Positions 25,247-33,075 of a stretch of DNA of 64,000 nucleotides are shown in pieces. The number at the start of each line of letters is the position of its first letter. The first letter of the stretch is position 1. The stretch is from Clostridia bacterium. Lineage in GTDB: Bacteria; Bacillota; Clostridia; Christensenellales; Borkfalkiaceae. Below the pieces are notes generated by a model. It ran no database searches. It was given only the letters and a program-made list of their open reading frames with translations, and had not been told where the DNA came from. Both the position numbers and the translations under genes were made by a program. Location: NCBI GenBank assembly GCA_017626135.1, contig JAGAJI010000029.1, positions 2,328 to 66,327 on the forward strand. The letters run 5' to 3'.

Positions 25247-26920
25247 TCAGCCCAAGATGCCGATGGAGAGGTAGCAGAACAGAATGACGGATACCGCATC
25301 GACGATGGTCGTGATGAAAGGATTTGCCACGACGGCAGGGTCGAGCCTGCAAATTTTCGCTACGATGGGCAGGATTGCGCCGACGAGTTTCGCAACGATC
25401 ACCGTACAGAACAGCGCGAGGGCGACGACCAAGGATACGTCCCACGTGTAACCGCTCATGCCGAGCAACATTCCGTCGAGCAGAATGAGTTTCAAGAAAC
25501 AGGCGGCGCCGAGGGTCAAGCCAAGGAGAATGGACGCCCTGAATTCCTTCCAGATGACCTTGCCGATATCCCGCGTCTCCACTTCGCCGATGGAGAGGGC
25601 GCGAATGACGGTAACGGATGCCTGGGAACCGGAGTTGCCGCCCGTACCCATAATCATGGGCACGCACGCAACGAGGCAGGTGGAAAGTTGCGCCTCGTAG
25701 CTGTTGAGTATGAGTCCCGTGAAGGTTGCGCCGAGCATGAGGATCAAAAGCCACAGCACGCGGTTTTTCCACAGGGAGAATACGCTCGTTTTCAAATAGG
25801 GTTTGTCGGCGGGGGTGATAGCCGCCATCTTCGCGATATCTTCGGTGTTCTCGTCCTGCAAGACGTCCATGGCGTCGTCGACGGTGACGATCCCGACGAG
25901 TCGCATTTCGCGATCGACGATGGGGAGCGCCAAAAAGCCGTAATCGGAAATCGTCCGTGCAACGACTTCCTTGTCCTCTTCGGTGTAAGCGTAGATGACG
26001 TTGTCGTTCATGATCTCTTCGATGAGTGCCGTCTTCTGCGCGAGCATGAGGTCCTTGGCGGTGACCAGCCCCAACAGCTTGTTGGTGGGGTCGATGACGT
26101 AGCAGGTGTAGATGGTTTCCTTATCGATTGCGGTGCGGCGAATACGCTCGAAGGCGTCTTCCACCGTCATGTCGGGACGGAGTGCCACGAACTCGATCGT
26201 CATGATGCTGCCGGCGCTGTCTTTCGGGTAGCGCAAAATCTGGTTGATATAGGCGCGCGTCTCCACGTCGCTCTGCGCGAGCAAACGTTTGACCACGCTT
26301 GCCGGCATCTCTTCGAGCAAGTCGACGGTATCGTCGAGGAAGAGCTCGTCGAGCACGGCTTTGAGCTCCCGATCGTTCAGCTTGCCGATCAATCTTGCCG
26401 CTACGTCCGTGTCCATTTCCACGAAGGTCTCCGCCGCAAGGTCTTTGGGGAGCAAGCGGAAGAGGATCAGAAGATCGGTATCGCTTTCCGTCTCCTCGAA
26501 TACCTCGGCAAGGTCGATGGCGTTCATCGAGGCGAGCAGGGGTTTCAGGACGGGATAGTTGCGCTCTTTTAAGAGCATCATGATCTCGTCGAGCTCCGCA
26601 ATACGGCGCACGAGCGCCTCGGGCATATCCTCGATGATGTCGACCGTATCGTCGACGGACACTTCGTCCATGACCTTTTCCAGCTCGTCGTCGTGCAAGC
26701 CGCCGATGATTTTTTGTTGTAAGGATTTGTCGAGCAGGACGAGCACGTCGGCGAGCAAGTCGCTTTCAATCGCCCGACAAAAAGGGACGAGCAAGCTCTC
26801 GTCCGCTTGGGTGAGTTCGTTCAAAACTTCGGCGAGGGCTTGCGGGGTGTATTTTTCCACCAGTTCCGCACCTTCGTCGAAACGCTGATTTTTTAACAGC
26901 TCAAAAAGTTCGTTTTCCAT
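25247..26920 (-). CDS. mgtE: Magnesium transporter MgtE (with duplicated N-domain)
   Basis: LFRLLPKDLAAETF, YPKDSAGSIMT, a CBS pair, and the C-terminal TM domain with GGNSGSQ. 557 aa, against about 450 aa for a typical MgtE. Confidence 0.9.
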   Translation of the reverse strand: MENELFELLKNQRFDEGAELVEKYTPQALAEVLNELTQADESLLVPFCRAIESDLLADVLVLLDKSLQQKIIGGLHDDELEKVMDEVSVDDTVDIIEDMPEALVRRIAELDEIMMLLKERNYPVLKPLLASMNAIDLAEVFEETESDTDLLILFRLLPKDLAAETFVEMDTDVAARLIGKLNDRELKAVLDELFLDDTVDLLEEMPASVVKRLLAQSDVETRAYINQILRYPKDSAGSIMTIEFVALRPDMTVEDAFERIRRTAIDKETIYTCYVIDPTNKLLGLVTAKDLMLAQKTALIEEIMNDNVIYAYTEEDKEVVARTISDYGFLALPIVDREMRLVGIVTVDDAMDVLQDENTEDIAKMAAITPADKPYLKTSVFSLWKNRVLWLLILMLGATFTGLILNSYEAQLSTCLVACVPMIMGTGGNSGSQASVTVIRALSIGEVETRDIGKVIWKEFRASILLGLTLGAACFLKLILLDGMLLGMSGYTWDVSLVVALALFCTVIVAKLVGAILPIVAKICRLDPAVVANPFITTIVDAVSVILFCYLSIGILG

Positions 26921-27107
26921 AATCGTCTACCTCCATTAGGTCTGTCTGTCGGGGTAGCGTAGGATCTGCTTAACTTGATTTTACGGCGAAACGATCCGCG
27001 GTAAAATTACTTAGCGGGTCTACGCTTGGGTGATAATCTGACATAAGATCGTTCCTCCTTTTTGAAATGATCGCATACATGGTATGCTCGTTTTATAAGA
27101 ACGGGGG
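26921..27107 (-). promoter_or_regulatory. Structured 5' leader of mgtE containing a 24-codon ORF
   Basis: There are three 7-bp complementary pairs: 26956-62/27020-26, 26978-84/27001-07 and 26990-96/27047-53. AGGAGG (27054-59) lies 9 nt before an ATG at 27044, which opens MSDYHPSVDPLSNFTADRFAVKSS-stop (26970). Confidence 0.4.
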
Positions 27108-29507
27108 TTACTCCTCCGAATCTTTCCGCTTGTGTAAAATGAGATAATCGACGAGAATGAGAATGGTTCCAAACCCTAAAATGAGGTACGCCATCCGCCA
27201 TACGCCGTCGGTGTCCGTCTCCGTATCGCCGTTGACCACCGTTTCGGGATGGGGGGTGCTCCCGTCGAAAAGGGTGATATACGGTTTGGGTACGTAGCCG
27301 ATTTTTTCCTCGCCGTCTTCGCCCGTCACGCGGATTTCGTAATACGCGTGGTCGAGCTGCGTCACTTCGCCGAGCACGGCGACTTGCGCGCCATCCGTCA
27401 GCCTCCCCGTCGTCAGCACGCCGTGCACGTAGGGGAATTTATAGAGGGAGACGTCGTTGGTGAGATAGCCCGTCTTCGGCGTTTCGTAGTCCGTCTTGTA
27501 ACTTGCCTCTTCCAACGCCTCGCAGAAATCCGTCAGGACCAGACAGGTCTTGTACTCGCCCGTGCGCTGTTTGGCGATGGCGACGAGGGAATACGCACCC
27601 TCCTCGCCGAGTTTGAGCGCCGTCTGCGTCTCCTGTGTGCGCTCGAAGGCAACGTAGGGGAATTGCGTGGAATCCTGCAACGCAGAGACGTCGAATTCAA
27701 TGAGAATGGCATCCGCGTCCACGTTGACGACTTCGAAGTCCCGATGGGTTTCGCCGAAGATAAGCTCCGCGGCGTTGCCTACGGGAATGGGGTTGACGGC
27801 GGGAATGTTCAGTTCGTCCGTCTTCACGATATAATCGCCCTCGTAGAGAAGATAGGTGAGGTTCGTTTCCAAGCCGAACGCGAAGCTCTCCAACGCGGGA
27901 GCGTCGTCGTTGACGAGGTGATAATTTGGCGTGTAAGAGTGATTCAACTCGTACATACCCCCCTCGTTTTTGGAATATTCGTAAATCGTGCCGTCCACGA
28001 GCGCATAGAGATCGGTTTCATAATCGACGGAAATCTTTTTAGGAGAAAGCAAGCCTTCGAGGACTTTTTGTCCGCGTGCGTTGGCGCTCAACAGCTCCTT
28101 TTCCGTGTAGCGGTATACCGTGTCGTCGTCGTAGACAACGTATAAACTTCCGTATACGTCGGCGGTGAAGGAGACGGCGCGCAGGGTCTGCGTGTTCTTT
28201 TGCGTTTTCGTCCAAGCCCACTCGCCGCTCTCTTTGCTCAAAGTATAGCAATAATTATTTTCGGTGAGAAGGTAGTACCGCCCGTAGACGCTCGCCGTTC
28301 CGACGATCTTGCCTTCCGCCGCCACGCTGTCCAAACGCAGGGTGAGCAAGGACTCGCCGTAGGTGCGTTTTGAAAGGCTGTACACGACGGCTTCCTCCGA
28401 AGTGGAGACGAGCAGGGTACTTTGATAGGATTCGAGATAGGGATCGTTCAGCTCGGTGTAAATATCCGTGCCGAACGTTTGCGATTCCACGTCGTAGACG
28501 GCAATGCGCCCGTTTTCATCGTCCGCGATGAAGAGTTTGTTTTCGTTGAGCGTCAGCTCGCTCGCACCATTCAAACGATTAGGGGACGTGGAGGAAGAAC
28601 CGATTTCGTAGTCGGTAAAGCACGCGTTTTCGACCGAGTAGTGGCGCACGGTATCACCGCGCACGGCGTAGACGTTCCCGTCGTACGAGCAGAGGGAAGT
28701 ATAGCCCGTCTCCTCGTGCGTGATGGGAGTGACTTTCGAGATATCGTTCTTTCCCGAAAGGTCGGTGACGTTGTAACTGAAAAAGTCGCCGCTCTGGGTG
28801 ACCAGACACAAAAGGTTGTTCGCAACGGTGAGGGAGCGGAGCTTTTCGCCCACGTTCGTGACCTGCGTCAAACCGTACGTTTGCAGATTGATCGCGTACA
28901 CGGTATAGCCGTTTGCGAGCGTTTCGCTTTCCGTCACGCAGTACAGCCCGTCCTTTCCGAAGGCGAGAGGACTCTCGCTTTGCAAGGGAGTTTGCAGGGA
29001 GACTTCGTGAAGGAGAGCGCCCGTGGAGAGGGAGTAGAACTTCAACGCGTTCAAGCTCGTGTAATAGCACAGGACGTCGCCCTCGACGGCGAACAGTCCC
29101 TTGCAGGTGACGGGAAGAGAGGTTGCCGCCTCGCCGTTCTTCAAGTTTTCCGGCGTAAATTTATACAATTCCAACTCGGAAACGAAGTAGAGGTTGCCGC
29201 TTCCGTCAAATTCCACCTTCTGAATGGGGGCGGCGTGTTCGTATCGACGATAGACATTGTCCGCACGGTCGAATACGTAGAGGGTATTGCCGTCGGCGAT
29301 CGCAAGATAGCCTTCCGTCGCCGCAACGGAGTCGGGGGCGTTCAACGCCAGATACTGCTCGTACGAGGTGGGGGTGACGAGCTCCGCCTTGACCGTGTTT
29401 TCCTCTGCCGAAGCGGAGAACGTTCGGGCGCAAGAAAGCGCCGTTCCCGACGAGCAGAAAACGGTAAACGCAAGCGCCGATAAAATTGTAGCCGTAATTT
29501 TCTTCAT
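27108..29507 (-). CDS. Secreted, C-terminally anchored protein with repeat-rich (beta-propeller-like) ectodomain and SH3b-like module
   Basis: Signal peptide MKKITATILSALAFTVFCSSG. Recurrent ...LY.V..G.. strands. SH3b-like segment ...VAVLGEVTQLDHAYYEIRV...KIGYVPKPYI. C-terminal TM AYLILGFGTILILVDYLIL followed by HKRK. Confidence 0.6.
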   Translation of the reverse strand: MKKITATILSALAFTVFCSSGTALSCARTFSASAEENTVKAELVTPTSYEQYLALNAPDSVAATEGYLAIADGNTLYVFDRADNVYRRYEHAAPIQKVEFDGSGNLYFVSELELYKFTPENLKNGEAATSLPVTCKGLFAVEGDVLCYYTSLNALKFYSLSTGALLHEVSLQTPLQSESPLAFGKDGLYCVTESETLANGYTVYAINLQTYGLTQVTNVGEKLRSLTVANNLLCLVTQSGDFFSYNVTDLSGKNDISKVTPITHEETGYTSLCSYDGNVYAVRGDTVRHYSVENACFTDYEIGSSSTSPNRLNGASELTLNENKLFIADDENGRIAVYDVESQTFGTDIYTELNDPYLESYQSTLLVSTSEEAVVYSLSKRTYGESLLTLRLDSVAAEGKIVGTASVYGRYYLLTENNYCYTLSKESGEWAWTKTQKNTQTLRAVSFTADVYGSLYVVYDDDTVYRYTEKELLSANARGQKVLEGLLSPKKISVDYETDLYALVDGTIYEYSKNEGGMYELNHSYTPNYHLVNDDAPALESFAFGLETNLTYLLYEGDYIVKTDELNIPAVNPIPVGNAAELIFGETHRDFEVVNVDADAILIEFDVSALQDSTQFPYVAFERTQETQTALKLGEEGAYSLVAIAKQRTGEYKTCLVLTDFCEALEEASYKTDYETPKTGYLTNDVSLYKFPYVHGVLTTGRLTDGAQVAVLGEVTQLDHAYYEIRVTGEDGEEKIGYVPKPYITLFDGSTPHPETVVNGDTETDTDGVWRMAYLILGFGTILILVDYLILHKRKDSEE

Positions 29508-29635
29508 ACACTATTATTATACCACGCCCACCCGCGAAAAGTCAATAAGATAATGAAAAAAGTTGTATCCGCGAACAAACTTTTTTCGCAGTTGACAGCT
29601 TGAACGATATCCGAACGCGTTTTCGTAAAAAAGGA

Positions 29636-29666
29636 CTGAATTTTCCCAAAATTTGGAAAAATTCAG
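29636..29666. promoter_or_regulatory. 31-bp near-perfect palindrome (candidate operator) in divergent intergenic region
   Basis: CTGAATTTTCC-caaaattt-GGAAAAATTCAG. Confidence 0.35.
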
Positions 29667-29880
29667 CTTATATCAGGCATATGTATGTCATAATTTAATG
29701 ATAATATACATTTTAATACGAACAAATGTTCGGATTTTTAATCAAAAAAGTGTGGGTCAGAGCTTGCAAAAACGGCAAAGGGGTGGCATAATAGGCAACG
29801 TCAACACCCGCCGCGGAGGGACGCGTCCCAAACGGTTGAGGCGGCGGTTGAGAAAAATAAGCGGACGAGGTCCAAGAGAG

Positions 29881-30360
29881 GTGATTATAGTTTTGGAGAA
29901 TTACACGAAAGCCGTGTTGCGCACCTACCCGTTTTTGCAAATGATGCAGACGACGTACGAGCAACACATAAAGAACAGGGCGCTCTTATCCTGTGACGGG
30001 CGCATGAATACGGAGGTGTTGGCGGAGTACCTGGCGAGGGAAATTCTCCACAAACGATGCCTCGCATGGTTGGAAGAGATCATTCGGGACGCGCTGCTTC
30101 GCCTGAGCGAAGTGGAGCAGGTGCTCGTGCGGACGCATTTTTTTGGAGAAAATGCGGAGAATGCGGAGATCGGGAGTTGGAGCGATTCCAAACGGCTCCG
30201 CGTACAGGCGCGGTGTTTCCAAAGGTTGGAAGCGATGCTCCATCGCTCGGGCTTGACGAAAAAGTACTTTGACGAGGAACTCGTACATATTGAGATTATC
30301 CGAAAAATGTACAGACGGGTGGAGCGGGAAGGCGGAAAAGCGGAAGGGACGTTGGCGTAG
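29881..30360 (+). CDS. RinA/ArpU-like phage-type transcriptional activator (sigma region-4-like); start uncertain
   Basis: The architecture resembles late activators found upstream of terminase genes: N-terminal AVLRTYPFLQ...; C-terminal LSEVEQVLVRTHFFGE...SKRLRVQARCFQRLEAML. The track ORF start (29653) lies in AT-rich promoter DNA. Candidate starts are GTG 29881, TTG 29893 and ATG 29941. Confidence 0.4.
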   Translation: MIIVLENYTKAVLRTYPFLQMMQTTYEQHIKNRALLSCDGRMNTEVLAEYLAREILHKRCLAWLEEIIRDALLRLSEVEQVLVRTHFFGENAENAEIGSWSDSKRLRVQARCFQRLEAMLHRSGLTKKYFDEELVHIEIIRKMYRRVEREGGKAEGTLA

Positions 30361-30455
30361 TAGGCTCGTCTTTCCGCGCTCCGAGGGAACGGCTCCTTGG
30401 CGGTCGGGACTTCCCGTCAGAGAAGTTCCACGGGAAACATCGTTTTTCGTCGGCG

Positions 30456-31205
30456 TCAATCTTCCACGTCGAAGGTGGGCTTTTTGGGCGGTTTCAGGAT
30501 AAGCGCCGCCAGCACCGGGACCAGCAGACAGATCACGATCAAAATCGCGATTTGCATCGGCGAGGCACCGTCCGTGGGAAGGGGCTCTTCCGAGCTGTCG
30601 CTCGAGGGTGGCGACAGCGACGAAAGGTAGTCTGCGTATTCCGTGTTTGGATCGTAGGAAAATCCACTCGGCTTGGGGATATAACCAAACTCCTCGCCGC
30701 GAAGTACGTAGCAGTAGGTCTCCGACCCCACGCGATAGTCTCCGTAATACACACAGGAGAGGGTAATTTCCGTCAGGAAGGAGGAATTCCCCGTCTCGGC
30801 GTCCTCGATCGTGTACTTCACGTCGAATACGTAATACAGATACGGACGCACGGGTACGTAATTCACGAAGGTGAGTTCCTCCGTCTTCGCGTACCCCACG
30901 AGCCGTTGCGCGGCGCTCTCGTTGCGCTGGTATTCCACCTTGCAAAAGGTCGTGCCGTACTCCATCAGCCGCACGTAATAGCTTTTGGGCAACAGGAACA
31001 CCCCTCTGCGCTCGTCGGGTGCGGCGTAGAAAAAGACGTCGTCTGCCAGAATACAGGCGTAATCGCCGACGGAAGGGAGAGACGGCGCCGTCTCTGCCTT
31101 GGTAAGGACGGGGGGAGGGAGGATAGTTGCGCTCAGGCACAGGACGAGCAGAAGACGCAATATGTATTTGTACAGGGTTCGAGCCCGAGAAAGTAAGTAC
31201 CGCAT
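30456..31205 (-). CDS. Signal-peptide protein with SH3b-like module and C-terminal TM anchor
   Basis: MRYLLSRARTLYKYILRLLLVLCLSA...; ...FCKVEYQ...GYAKTEEL...; EEFGYIPKPSG; C-terminal TM IAILIVICLLVPVLAALIL followed by KPPKK. The long upstream extension in the track ORF (to 31994) overlaps terL in antisense. Confidence 0.6.
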   Translation of the reverse strand: MRYLLSRARTLYKYILRLLLVLCLSATILPPPVLTKAETAPSLPSVGDYACILADDVFFYAAPDERRGVFLLPKSYYVRLMEYGTTFCKVEYQRNESAAQRLVGYAKTEELTFVNYVPVRPYLYYVFDVKYTIEDAETGNSSFLTEITLSCVYYGDYRVGSETYCYVLRGEEFGYIPKPSGFSYDPNTEYADYLSSLSPPSSDSSEEPLPTDGASPMQIAILIVICLLVPVLAALILKPPKKPTFDVED

Positions 31206-31250
31206 ACGTGCTATCATTATAATGCCAAAGGAGGGGAGGTTTTTGACGTT

Positions 31251-32687
31251 TTGACGGAAAATTTGAAAGAAATTGTAGAAAGACTGCGCCGCGTGGAAGC
31301 GGAGCAGAAAAAGCGTAGGGAAAGTCCGCTTGCCACCTACAACGCAGGGGAGAAGAAACACGAGAAACAGCTCGCCTTTCATCGCTGTCCCAAGCGCAAC
31401 CGTTGGGTGTTCGGCGGCAACCGTTCGGGCAAGACGGAGTGCGGCGCGGTGGAATGCGTGTACATGGCGCGGGGGATCCACCCCTATCGGCAAAACCGCA
31501 AAAACGTTTGCGGGTGGGTCGTCTCCCTCTCCCAACAGGTGCAGCGCGACGTGGCGCAAAAGAAGATCTTGCATTACCTGCGCCCCGACTGGATTGAGGA
31601 CGTCGTCATGCTCAGCGGCAGAAAGGACGCCCCCGAACACGGCGTCATCGACTTCATTCGCGTGAAGAACGTGCTGGGCGGTTCCTCCGTCATCGGGTTC
31701 AAGAGCTGTGATCAGGGCAGGGAGAAATTTCAGGGCGCGTCCCTCGATTTCGTTTGGTTCGACGAGGAACCGCCCGAGGATATCTATGCGGAATGCCGTA
31801 TGCGCGTGCTCGATCGGAAGGGGGATCTGTTCGGCACGATGACGCCCCTCAAGGGCTTGACGTTCGTGTACAACGAGATCTTTCTCAATCGTAGACGGGA
31901 CCCCGAGGTTTGGTACGAGTTCATGGAATGGAGCGACAATCCCTACCTCGACAGGGGGGAAGTGGAGGCGCTTGCGAGCGGCATGGACGAGCACGTCTTA
32001 CAGGCGCGGCGGTACGGGCGATTCGCGACGGCGGCGGCAGGGCTCGTCTATCCCGAATTCGACGAGTGTATACACGTCATTGAGCCCTTCCCCGTACCCA
32101 AGGAGTGGCAGGACAATATCTCCATCGATCCCGGGCTCAACAATCCCCTGTCGGCGCATTGGTACGCGGTGGATTTCGACGACAACGTGTACGTCGTTTA
32201 CGAGCATTACGAGGCGGGACGGGATATCGACTACCACGCCAACGCCATCAAGGAGATTTGCCAAAAGCTCGAATGGCATACCGACGGTCGAGGTCGGATC
32301 TGCGCGCTCATCGACAGCGCGGCGAAGCAGCGGACGTTAGGATCGGTCAAGAGCGTGGTGGAACTCTTTTACGAACGGGATATCCTCGTCAATCCGGACG
32401 TGGAGAAGGATCTGTTTTCGGGGATTGCGAGGGTCAAGAGTTACTTAAAGCAGGACAACGGGCAACCCAACCTCTATATCTTCAACAACTGCGTCAACCT
32501 CATCAGCGAGTTGAAGGGATACTACTGGGGGAGCGGAGACGTGCCGAGGAAGGTGAACGACCACAGCCTCGACGAGATGCGCTACTATCTGATGACGAGG
32601 CCGAAAAACGCGCCGAACGTACCTAAGACGGCGATCCAAAAGGACAAGGAAAGGCTGGCAAGAAAACTGAGGAGAAAGCGGGGATAA
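31251..32687 (+). CDS. terL: Terminase large subunit
   Basis: TTG start 11 nt after GAGGGGAGG. Walker A GGNRSGKTECG, Walker B LDFVWFDEEP. C-terminal nuclease-like region (IDPG...; ...DHSLDEMRY). Confidence 0.85.
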   Translation: MTENLKEIVERLRRVEAEQKKRRESPLATYNAGEKKHEKQLAFHRCPKRNRWVFGGNRSGKTECGAVECVYMARGIHPYRQNRKNVCGWVVSLSQQVQRDVAQKKILHYLRPDWIEDVVMLSGRKDAPEHGVIDFIRVKNVLGGSSVIGFKSCDQGREKFQGASLDFVWFDEEPPEDIYAECRMRVLDRKGDLFGTMTPLKGLTFVYNEIFLNRRRDPEVWYEFMEWSDNPYLDRGEVEALASGMDEHVLQARRYGRFATAAAGLVYPEFDECIHVIEPFPVPKEWQDNISIDPGLNNPLSAHWYAVDFDDNVYVVYEHYEAGRDIDYHANAIKEICQKLEWHTDGRGRICALIDSAAKQRTLGSVKSVVELFYERDILVNPDVEKDLFSGIARVKSYLKQDNGQPNLYIFNNCVNLISELKGYYWGSGDVPRKVNDHSLDEMRYYLMTRPKNAPNVPKTAIQKDKERLARKLRRKRG

Positions 32688-32691
32688 TGCG

Positions 32692-32712
32692 AAAAGGAAG
32701 GGGGCAGGTATG
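32692..32712 (+). repeat. Dispersed motif copy E: AAAAGGAAGGGGGCAGGTATG
   Basis: Lies 5 nt after the terL stop. Its ATG opens ATG AGA TGA (M-R-stop), which overlaps the ATG (32715) of the next gene. Confidence 0.9.
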
Positions 32713-32714
32713 AG

Positions 32715-33050
32715 ATGAGTGAGAATGTGAAGAAGAAAAAGACGACGAGCGGGGATAGTGGGCGGGCGAAAAAACAGGTGGGGAAGAACGAACGGTTGGA
32801 GGACGCGCTCTTGAAGGTGGCGCTCGGCTATCAGGTGGCGGAAGTCACCGAGGAGTTCGCGGAAGTGGACGGACAGTTGAAACTCACCAAGCGGAAGAAG
32901 ACGAAGAAGGACGTCCCGCCCGACTTGAAGGCGGTACAGCTCCTGCTCGCCACCAAGGGCGTGGGGGAGATGTCGGCGTGGACGGACGAGGAGTTAGAGG
33001 CGGAACGGCAACGGCTCTTGAAGGAAATGGAGGGGGCAGGTACGAAATGA
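32715..33050 (+). CDS. Small basic protein, terminase small subunit-like
   Basis: 111 aa. The pattern ALLKVALGY...E......K.TKRKKTKKDVPPDLKAVQLLL resembles Firmicutes phage TerS proteins (K-rich, then PPD..A). It is located after terL rather than before it. Confidence 0.45.
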   Translation: MSENVKKKKTTSGDSGRAKKQVGKNERLEDALLKVALGYQVAEVTEEFAEVDGQLKLTKRKKTKKDVPPDLKAVQLLLATKGVGEMSAWTDEELEAERQRLLKEMEGAGTK

Positions 33051-33075
33051 AAGCAAAAAACAAGGAGAAAACGGC

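Noticed and set aside
24645-25772. 375-aa ORF as a single gene
   Set aside because: Its N-terminal two-thirds overlap mgtE in another frame and are Arg/His-rich. A proper start (ATG 25205, MNYCETC...) gives a 186-aa zinc-ribbon protein.
26921-27107. M-box (ykoK) Mg2+ riboswitch upstream of mgtE
   Set aside because: The position fits, but I could not find the conserved M-box strings (GUUAGGUGAGGCU, CUGCCC...AUGGG, GCUAAAGCUCUACG), and the leader is short. I report it instead as an unclassified structured, translated leader. An Infernal scan is needed to be sure.
31176-31192. tRNA-like T-arm string GGGTTCGAGCCCGAG
   Set aside because: The flanks cannot form a T-stem or a cloverleaf, and the string lies inside the minus-strand CDS 30456-31205.
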